Source of the DNA: Pirellulales bacterium
Lineage (GTDB): Bacteria > Planctomycetota > Planctomycetia > Pirellulales > UBA1268
Length of the DNA: 64,000 bases
Direction: 5' to 3'
Assembly (NCBI GenBank): GCA_017853835.1
Contig: JAFMIU010000005.1
Coordinates: 33,072-97,071, forward strand
Notes under the pieces: generated by a model
The model's input: the letters and a program-made list of their open reading frames with translations, nothing else
Databases searched by the model: none
Told to the model about the DNA's origin: nothing
Shown here: piece by piece, positions 51,487 to 59,243 of the stretch
How positions within the stretch are numbered: the first letter of the stretch is position 1
Layout of the letters: every line of letters starts with the position of its first letter
Position numbers and translations under genes: made by a program

Positions 51487-52062
51487 GTCTTTCTTTTCGG
51501 TTGGTCGACGTTTTTCATCCAGGGGTCGGAAGCGTAAACTGTGACGTACGATCTGCGAAGTTGGTTGCCCACGGTGACAACCTTTCTTTTCAGAGAGGTG
51601 CGATCGGTGCGGCAGTCGCCGAACGGTCGCACGGCCTTCAACATGGTGCCGCAAGGAACGGGTATCGCAAGCGATCGCACGACTATGTGGCGTGCGGCGT
51701 TACCATCCGGCCTCGCGGTGAGGGAACTACATCGTCCCATGGCCACTTCGGCCGCTTGGTTGGTCGTTGGTTCGTATCTTCCGTCGTCGAGCCCGTTCGC
51801 GAAGACAGCCTTCGTCGAGGGCGCCTCTCCCGCGGCCCCGAAGGGCGAGCCGCCGCCCTGATCTGCCGACTCGACGGGTTCGTGCGGATGTCCGCTCCTT
51901 CTGCGGACGGCATGGCCCGGGCGACGCGCCCGAGCCGTTGCGTTGTGAATCGTGCGATCCCCGTTCCAGCGACATCCGCCGGAGTGTCCGGTGGCTGGAC
52001 GGGATGCACACCATCAGGCCCGCGCACGCGTCTGCGCACGGCTTAGGGACATCAGCCTTTCC

Positions 52063-55000
52063 ATGGAGATTCTTTCGGTCAAGGTGCTTCGCGGGCCCAA
52101 CCAGTGGGCGTCGTTTCCCTGTCTCGAGGCGTGGGTCGACCTCGGGCGGCTCGAAGACTTTCCCTCGAACACGCTGCCCGGCTTCAACGACCGGGTGATG
52201 ACGTGGCTTCCGACGATGATCGAGCATCGCTGCTCGACCGGCGAGCGCGGCGGCTTCTTCGAGCGGCTTCGGTCGGGCACCTGGATGGGACACGTTCTGG
52301 AGCACGTCACGCTCGAACTCCAGACCCTTGCCGGCACGCCGGTTGGCTACGGCCGCGCCCGGGAAGCCAAGACACGCGGCGTCTACAAGGTGGTGATCGA
52401 ATACAAGGAGGAGAAGTTCGCGATCGAGTGCCTGCATGCGGCCCATCGGCTGGTGATGGCGGCGATCAACGACACGCCCTTCAACGTCCCCGCCGAAGTG
52501 AAGCGTTTGCGGCAGGTGCTGCTGGACGTGCAGCTCGGCCCCAGCACGCGATCGATCGTGGAGGCGGCGACGGCGCGGGGCATACCCTCGCAGCGGCTGA
52601 CCTCGGGATCGCTCGTGCGGCTTGGCCAGGGTGCCAAGCAGCGACGAATCCTGGCCGCGGAAACCGATCGTACCGGAGCCGTCGCCGAGACCATCGCGCA
52701 GGACAAGGAGCTCACACGGACGCTTTTGGCGGAGTCGGGTGTGCCTGTTCCCGAGGGCCGGCCCGTGACCGATGCCGCCGATGCCTGGGCGGTGGCGGAG
52801 GAGATCGCCGGTCCTGTGGTGGTCAAGCCGCGATACGGCAATCAGGGACGCGGCGTTTCCGTGAATCTGGTGACGCGAGAGGAAGTGGAGCGGGCGTGGA
52901 TTCTTGCCAACGAGCAGGACTCATCCGTTGTCGTCGAGCGATTTGTCACGGGTGGCGACTATCGCCTCCTCGTCGTCGGTGGCCGGATGGTGGCTGCCGC
53001 CCGCCGTCATCCACCCACGGTGGTCGGCGATGGACACGCGACGATCCGCCAGCTCGTCGATCGGATCAATGAGGATCCGCGGCGGTGCGGTGATCATGCC
53101 ACGTCGTTGAGCCCCATGGTCATCGACGAGGTGGCCGTGGCGGTCCTCCGCGAGCAGGGGCTGACCGAGCAGAGTGTGCCGGAAGCCGGTCGGACGTGCA
53201 TGCTGCGGCGGAATGCCAACCTCAGCACCGGCGGGTCGGCCGAGGACGTCACCGACATCGTCCATCCCGACGTGGCCGCGCGGGCGATCGACGCGGCAAA
53301 AATCGTCGGGCTCGACGTGGCCGGCATCGACATGGTGATGGAAGACATCACGAAGTCGCTCGAAGTGCAACGCGGGGTCGTGATCGAGGTGAACGCCGCT
53401 CCCGGCCTGCGAATGCACCTGGAGCCGACCGAGGGAACGCCGCGCAACGTCGGCGCCGCGATCGTCGATTCACTCTTTGGCCCTGGTGAAGATGGCCGAA
53501 TCCCCACGGCAGCAGTGTCGGGCACCAATGGCAAAACCACGGTGGTGCGGCTTTTGTCGCATCTTGCCCATTCGGGTGGTGCGACCGTCGGCATGACCTG
53601 CACCGAAGGGGTGTGGATCGGGGGTCGGCTCATCGACTCCGGTGACTGCAGCGGCCCGAAGAGCGCCCGTCGGGTGCTTGCCAATCCGGCGGTGACGACC
53701 GCGGTGTTCGAGGCGGCCCGGGGAGGCATTCTGCGGGAAGGGTGCGGGTTCGACTGTTGCGATGTGGCCGTGGTGACCAACATTGCCTCGGGCGATCATC
53801 TCGGCATCGCGGAAATCGACACCCCGGAGCAGATCGCCTGGGTGAAGGGGGCGATCGTGGCAGCCGTCCGGCCCAGCGGATCTGCGGTGCTCAATGCATC
53901 CGATCCGCTCGTTGTCGGCATGAAGAAATGGTGCAAGGGGCAGGTGGTGTACTTCGCCCTCGATCCGGCAAACCCGGTGCTCGTTGAGCACCTCGCCCAG
54001 GGCGGACTCGCCGCCACGGTGCGCGACGGATGGATCGTGCTGTGCGACGGGCCTCGCGAGACGCGACTCGCCCACCTCGATCGGGTGCCGCTGGTCCATC
54101 GCGGCCTGGTCGACTTCCAGGTGGAAAACGTGCTCGCAGGGGCGGCGGCCGCCTGGCGACTTGGCGTGCCGCTGGAGCTCGTGCGGCTCGGGCTCGAGAG
54201 TTTTTCGAGCGGCACGGGCGGTTCGCCAGGCCGCTTCAATCTGCTCGATCTCGACGGAGCATCGATCGTGGTCGACTACGGCCACAACGTGCCGTCGCTG
54301 GAACGGATCTGCGGATCGCTCGCAAAGTTTCCGCACCCGCGTCGCACGGCCGTCTACTCGGCGGCCGGTGATCGGCGCGACGAAGACCTGATCGCCCAGG
54401 GTCGCCTGCTTGCCGCTGCCTTCGACCGTGTGGTGCTCTACGAAGACGCCTACATTCGCGGCCGGCAGCCGGGCGACATCACCAGGCTCATCACCCAGGG
54501 GATTCGCGAGGGGATGTCGGTCGACAAGCCCGTGATCATCGAGGCGGGCGGCGACTGGGCGGCGTCGGCGGCTGCGGTGCTCGACGGCGTTGGCAAGGGT
54601 GACCTTGTGCTTCTTCAGGCCGACTCGATCGAGCAGACCATGCCGTGGCTCGCGGAACGGTATGGCAGTCGCCTCAAGGACGCGGTGTATGAACAGTTTG
54701 CCGACGTGATCGCGGCCCGTGCGTCCGACGCGATGCCGACGTCGGATGAGCCTGTGGAGGTGAGGGCCGGTCGTCGCGGGCCGGAGGTGGTGGCCACCCG
54801 TGCCATCGCCGCCGGAGAGACGGTCTTGAAGACCTGGGGACAGAAGACGACCCAGCGATCGCGGCACACCATCCAGGTCGACCGCCAGACGCACCTCGTG
54901 CCCGATGGCATGGCCGTGCTCCTGAGCCATTCCTGCAGTCCGACGTGCGGCGTCGTGATCCGATCAGGCGTGACCCAGATCGAAGTCAGGGCCCTCCGTC

Positions 55001-55218
55001 CGATCGCCGCCGGTGAGGAGATCACCGTCGATTACGAGACCTTCGAGGAGGACGTGGCACACTTTGGAGGCCCATGTCGCTGCGGCGCGGCCTCATGCCG
55101 CGGCCGGATCGTCGGCTACCGGCATCTTCCCAATGACGTGAAGGCGAGGTATGGCGAATACATCGCCGAATACCTGCGGATTCTCGACTCGGAGATCAGC
55201 CTCCCTGCGGGCGTGTGA
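52063..55218 (+). CDS. cphA: Cyanophycin synthetase fused to C-terminal SET/post-SET domain
   Basis: LRGPNQW, HRC-x19-HVLEH, LGPST, ATP-grasp (VVVKP..GNQGRGV, NANLSTGG, EVNAAPGLRMH), Mur-like GTNGKTT, DYGHN. SET region from ~54748: IAAGE, SHSCSP, EEITVDY, CRCGAASCRG. Confidence 0.95.
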   Translation: MEILSVKVLRGPNQWASFPCLEAWVDLGRLEDFPSNTLPGFNDRVMTWLPTMIEHRCSTGERGGFFERLRSGTWMGHVLEHVTLELQTLAGTPVGYGRAREAKTRGVYKVVIEYKEEKFAIECLHAAHRLVMAAINDTPFNVPAEVKRLRQVLLDVQLGPSTRSIVEAATARGIPSQRLTSGSLVRLGQGAKQRRILAAETDRTGAVAETIAQDKELTRTLLAESGVPVPEGRPVTDAADAWAVAEEIAGPVVVKPRYGNQGRGVSVNLVTREEVERAWILANEQDSSVVVERFVTGGDYRLLVVGGRMVAAARRHPPTVVGDGHATIRQLVDRINEDPRRCGDHATSLSPMVIDEVAVAVLREQGLTEQSVPEAGRTCMLRRNANLSTGGSAEDVTDIVHPDVAARAIDAAKIVGLDVAGIDMVMEDITKSLEVQRGVVIEVNAAPGLRMHLEPTEGTPRNVGAAIVDSLFGPGEDGRIPTAAVSGTNGKTTVVRLLSHLAHSGGATVGMTCTEGVWIGGRLIDSGDCSGPKSARRVLANPAVTTAVFEAARGGILREGCGFDCCDVAVVTNIASGDHLGIAEIDTPEQIAWVKGAIVAAVRPSGSAVLNASDPLVVGMKKWCKGQVVYFALDPANPVLVEHLAQGGLAATVRDGWIVLCDGPRETRLAHLDRVPLVHRGLVDFQVENVLAGAAAAWRLGVPLELVRLGLESFSSGTGGSPGRFNLLDLDGASIVVDYGHNVPSLERICGSLAKFPHPRRTAVYSAAGDRRDEDLIAQGRLLAAAFDRVVLYEDAYIRGRQPGDITRLITQGIREGMSVDKPVIIEAGGDWAASAAAVLDGVGKGDLVLLQADSIEQTMPWLAERYGSRLKDAVYEQFADVIAARASDAMPTSDEPVEVRAGRRGPEVVATRAIAAGETVLKTWGQKTTQRSRHTIQVDRQTHLVPDGMAVLLSHSCSPTCGVVIRSGVTQIEVRALRPIAAGEEITVDYETFEEDVAHFGGPCRCGAASCRGRIVGYRHLPNDVKARYGEYIAEYLRILDSEISLPAGV

Positions 55219-55224
55219 CGCCCT

Positions 55225-56292
55225 CTATTTGAGGCCGGCGCGGCGGTCGAGCGCTCCGCGAACCCCGAGCTGCTCGGGATGCCTCGCGATCTTGTCGGTA
55301 AACACCCGCACGTCATCGACGATCGGGCGGAGTTCCTTCGTGAGTTTGTTGACGTTGGCCGCGGCCTGGGCGAGGTCGTTGTACACCTGGGGGTCACGGA
55401 CCAGCTTGCCGAGCGTGCCCTGGGATTCGTTCAGGGCCTTCGTGAAGGCGGCCGCCTGCTGAAGCGTCTCGTCGAGCCGGCCGATCGTGCGATCGATCGA
55501 TGCCACCATCCCCTCGCCACGCTCCCCGAGCGGGCGGGTGAGGCCCTCGAGGTTGCGGAGGTTGCGGTCGGCGGTGTCGACGGTTTCACCGATGCCTTGC
55601 ACCGTCGTGCGGAGGTCGGCGATGACGTCGGGCAGTGAGTTGAGCGTTGATTTCAGGCTCTCGCGCGCCCGTGGATCACCCATCACATCGTTGATGTTGG
55701 CCATGGCCAGGCTGAACGCGTCGAGGGCGGCTTCCGTCTTGTTGACCATCTTCCCAAACCGATCGTCGTCGCCGAGGAGCATCCGGTCGAGGTTGTCGGA
55801 AAGTTTCTTGACCGACTCACTGGCTTCCGCGAGCGACTGCATCGCGCCGCCGAGTTTTGGCTCGAGGGTCGCGAACACCTCGAAGGGATCTCGTGAGACG
55901 GCCCCTACGAGCACCTCGTCCTTGGCCACGCGTTGTCGCGGAGGCCGAATCGTGCCCGGCACGAGCTGGATCTCGGCATCACCCAGGAGCGTGGTGGCGA
56001 TCCTCGGCTGCTCATCGTGGTAGATCGGCACGTAGGAGTCGATTTCGGCCTCGACGCTCACGCCCCCCTTCTCGTCGAGTTCGACGCTGGAGACACGGCC
56101 CACGAGGATGCCGTTCTTGCGAACCGGGGTTCCGTCGGCGACACCCCTGGCATCGGAAAAGCTCATCTTCAAGGGATAGGTCGCCTGCACCAACGACGGC
56201 AGGTCCCCAAACAGCACGATCAGGATGCCGGTGATGATGGCTGTCGCCAGCACCACGACCCCAACGCGAAACTGCATCACCCGATCGTTCAT
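55225..56292 (-). CDS. mlaD: MCE/MlaD-family substrate-binding protein
   Basis: N-terminal TM, F.DARGV..GTPVRKNGI.VGRV, LLGD, helical tail with GTLGKL. Confidence 0.88.
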   Translation of the reverse strand: MNDRVMQFRVGVVVLATAIITGILIVLFGDLPSLVQATYPLKMSFSDARGVADGTPVRKNGILVGRVSSVELDEKGGVSVEAEIDSYVPIYHDEQPRIATTLLGDAEIQLVPGTIRPPRQRVAKDEVLVGAVSRDPFEVFATLEPKLGGAMQSLAEASESVKKLSDNLDRMLLGDDDRFGKMVNKTEAALDAFSLAMANINDVMGDPRARESLKSTLNSLPDVIADLRTTVQGIGETVDTADRNLRNLEGLTRPLGERGEGMVASIDRTIGRLDETLQQAAAFTKALNESQGTLGKLVRDPQVYNDLAQAAANVNKLTKELRPIVDDVRVFTDKIARHPEQLGVRGALDRRAGLK

Positions 56293-57245
56293 TCGTCCTC
56301 CTCCGTCGATGGCTCGGCCTCGGAGGCGCGGCTTGCCTCATCACGCTGGCCGGCTTCACGGGCCTGTTCTTCACGGAGTTCCATCAGCCGGGCTCCGGCC
56401 CGGCCTTCGACAAACTGACGAATCCTCGGATCGTTCGAGCGGTCGAGTTCATCGGGCGTGCCGTCGAACACCACCTGGGGCTCACCGGACTGCAGGCGAA
56501 ACAGCGGGTAGAGCATGATCACCCGATCGGCCACCTTCCGCGCGGTGTTCATGTCGTGGGTCACCACGACACTCGTGGTATGGGGCCTCCGGCTTACCGT
56601 CAGAATGAGCTCGTTGATCACATCGCTCATGATGGGATCGAGGCCGGTGGTCGGTTCGTCATAGAGCACCAGGTGCGGATCGAGGGCGAGGGCCCGTGCG
56701 AGTCCTGCCCGCTTTCGCATGCCGCCCGAGATCTGCACCGGTTTTTTCTCGAGCACGCTCCGTGGCAGTCCCACCTCATCCACGAGGGATTCAACGATGC
56801 CGTTGATGTCGGGCTCCGCGAGCCGCGTGTGTTCCCGGAGCGGAAACGCGATGTTGTCACGGATCGAGAGGCTGTCGAAGAGGGCGGCACCCTGGAAGAC
56901 GAAGCCGTAGCGTGTGCGGGTGTGGGCCAGAGCCCGGTCGGAGAGGGTCGCGAGCGATTGCCCCTCGAACCGCACGAACCCCGAGGTCGGACGGATGAGC
57001 CCGATCATGGTCTTCAGCAGCACGGTCTTCCCGCATCCGCTCTCGCCGAGCACGACGAGGGTTTGCCCGGGATCGAGGTCGATGGAGATGTCTCGGAGCA
57101 CGTGCTGGCTGCCGAACTGCACGCCAAGACGGTCCACCTGGAGCAGCGGCCCCGCTGCGTCGTCGTGGTGTCGGGAGGATGCGGTGGCAACGGCGGGCAT
57201 GGTGCTAGAGAAGGCGGCGCGGCCCCTCCGGACGGAAGAAGTCAT
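56289..57245 (-). CDS. mlaF: MlaF-type ABC ATP-binding protein
   Basis: GESGCGKT, FQGAALFDSL, ISGGMRKRAGLARAL, YDEPTTGLDP; start may be 57200. Confidence 0.9.
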   Translation of the reverse strand: MTSSVRRGRAAFSSTMPAVATASSRHHDDAAGPLLQVDRLGVQFGSQHVLRDISIDLDPGQTLVVLGESGCGKTVLLKTMIGLIRPTSGFVRFEGQSLATLSDRALAHTRTRYGFVFQGAALFDSLSIRDNIAFPLREHTRLAEPDINGIVESLVDEVGLPRSVLEKKPVQISGGMRKRAGLARALALDPHLVLYDEPTTGLDPIMSDVINELILTVSRRPHTTSVVVTHDMNTARKVADRVIMLYPLFRLQSGEPQVVFDGTPDELDRSNDPRIRQFVEGRAGARLMELREEQAREAGQRDEASRASEAEPSTEEDE

Positions 57246-58077
57246 GGACGTTGTTGAGCCAGATCCCGAGGAACAGGTCGAGGATCAGGATCAGCACGAA
57301 CGAGTGGACGAAGGCATTGGTCGCTGCCCGGCCGACGCCTTCGGCGCCGGGTTGGCAGTGGAAGCCATGATGGCAACTCACCAACGCGATCGCAGCCCCG
57401 AAGAACAGGCTCTTGAAGATCCCCAGGAGGAAGTCGAACGCGTCGACATACTCGCGGGAGTTGGCCCAGTAGTGGTGGTAGTCGATGCCGAGCAGCACAT
57501 GCGAATAAAAGTAGCCCCCGAGGACGCCCATGAAGTCGGCCATCACCGTGAGCGATGGAATCAGCACGAGGCACCCGAGAAACCGTGGCACGACGAGGTA
57601 GTAGATCGGATTGGCTCCCATGCTCTCGAGCGCGTCGATCTGCTCGGTCACACGCATCGTCCCGAGTTCCGCTGCCATCGCGCTGCCGACGCGTCCGGCG
57701 AGCATCGTGGCTGCGAGCACGGGGCCGAGCTCACGCACGAGCGAGAGATTGATGACGGAACCGAGCCTGGTTTGAAGGCCGAGTGCCTTGAACTGGGCGT
57801 AGCTTTGAACCGCAAGCACCATCCCGATGAAGAGGCCGGTGAGCGCGACCACCGGCAACGACATCACGCCGATCCGGTAAAAGTTGGGAATGATCACGTC
57901 ACGGCGCTGCCGGCGGGTCAGCAGCCAGCCGAAGGTCTGGAGCGTGAAGATGGCGACGTCACCCACTCCCGCCACCCATGCCATGGCCGCGGCCCCGAGG
58001 TTGGCCACCTGGCTGGCCATCCAGCCGGCGATCCCCCCAGGATGGGTGGAGTCGGGGGCGGTGGAGGCGGTGCTCAT
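57205..58077 (-). CDS. mlaE: MlaE-type ABC permease
   Basis: RELGPVL, AGRVGSAMAAELGTMRVTEQIDAL, GAEGVGRAAT. Confidence 0.92.
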   Translation of the reverse strand: MSTASTAPDSTHPGGIAGWMASQVANLGAAAMAWVAGVGDVAIFTLQTFGWLLTRRQRRDVIIPNFYRIGVMSLPVVALTGLFIGMVLAVQSYAQFKALGLQTRLGSVINLSLVRELGPVLAATMLAGRVGSAMAAELGTMRVTEQIDALESMGANPIYYLVVPRFLGCLVLIPSLTVMADFMGVLGGYFYSHVLLGIDYHHYWANSREYVDAFDFLLGIFKSLFFGAAIALVSCHHGFHCQPGAEGVGRAATNAFVHSFVLILILDLFLGIWLNNVHDFFRPEGPRRLL

Positions 58078-58272
58078 GGCGTATTCCCGGGAAAGGGCGC
58101 GGAAGACCCTGCGGGTTGTATCGGCCGTGCGGAATGGGATGCATGAGTGGATGGAGGGGAGATCGCTGAACCACCGGCATCGGTGCGGCGTATTCGAGGG
58201 TATCGTTGCTTGGTCTCCGAAAGTTCCCTGGTTGCCAGGATTGCCGCTTTTCGCAGGGCGGCAGGGTGTGTC

Positions 58273-59130
58273 ATGCAGATCGCCGTTCTTGGGATGCATC
58301 GCTCCGGCACCTCGGCCATCGCAAGGCTCTTGAACCTTGCGGGATGCGGCTTTGGTCCCTCGTCGTCGGCGATGGCCGCCCACGCGGACAATCCGCTCGG
58401 GTTCTGGGAACGGCAGGATGTCTGCGACCTCCACGAGTGGGTGCTCGCGGAAGGAGGCGCCGCCTGGGATCGGCCGCTGGCGTTCGAGGCCGATGGTCTG
58501 TCGCCGGCGGTCCACGACGAGTTCGTCGCTCGAGCCGAGGCGATCATCGACTCCTTTCCGACCGGTCGGCCATGGTTCGTCAAAGACCCCAGGCTGTGCG
58601 TGCTTTTGCCCCTCTGGCGACCGCTGCTGCGAGAGCCCGTGTGCGTTCACATCATTCGCCACCCGCTGGAAGTGGCGGCGAGTCTTGCCGTCCGAAACGG
58701 CATCCCCATCGGCGTCGGGCTCGCGCTCTGGGAGCTCCACGTCGTGCGGGCTCGCCGCGCCGCCTTCGATCTCAACTGGGTGGGCGTGCGGCACCGGGAT
58801 CTACTCGTCGATCCTGTGACGACCTTGGCCGATACGGTGACAGCACTTCGATCATTCGGCGTTTCCGGGCTCCATATGCCGAGCGAAAGGGAGATCACCG
58901 ATTTCATCACCAGTGACCTTCACCACCATCACTGGGATCGCCCCGATCTGGCGGATTGGACCGATTGTCCGCAGGTGCGGCTCTTCGAGGCGATCGACGC
59001 CGACTTTCCGGATGCCGACGCCATCCCCGACGTCATGTCACTCGACAGCGTGGCGACCCTCGCAAGGATCGAGACCATCGCTCGCAGCGGCTGCGGAGTG
59101 GCCGAGTCGCCGTGGTTCGCGCCCGCCTGA
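58273..59130 (+). CDS. Sulfotransferase family protein
   Basis: VLGMHRSGTS 5'-PSB loop, NPLGFWE, KDPR, RHPLEVAASL. Confidence 0.85.
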   Translation: MQIAVLGMHRSGTSAIARLLNLAGCGFGPSSSAMAAHADNPLGFWERQDVCDLHEWVLAEGGAAWDRPLAFEADGLSPAVHDEFVARAEAIIDSFPTGRPWFVKDPRLCVLLPLWRPLLREPVCVHIIRHPLEVAASLAVRNGIPIGVGLALWELHVVRARRAAFDLNWVGVRHRDLLVDPVTTLADTVTALRSFGVSGLHMPSEREITDFITSDLHHHHWDRPDLADWTDCPQVRLFEAIDADFPDADAIPDVMSLDSVATLARIETIARSGCGVAESPWFAPA

Positions 59131-59172
59131 CGGGGCGGCCGGGCGAGGCACCCCGGTGCAGGAACCACCCCT

Positions 59173-59190
59173 GCTCCCGCAAACGGGAGT
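59173..59190. terminator. Hairpin between convergent sulfotransferase and clpC genes
   Basis: GCTCCCG-caaa-CGGGAGT; no clear U-tract. Confidence 0.3.
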
Positions 59191-59243
59191 GGAGCGTGTG
59201 AACCACCTGCTCACCCCGCGCTCGTATTCCGACACCCGTCGAC

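Noticed and set aside
51303-52046. Short ORFs in the cphA upstream region (e.g. 51541-51861, 51303-52046)
   Set aside because: No recognisable motifs and weak starts; a small peptide from ~51739 cannot be excluded but is unsupported.
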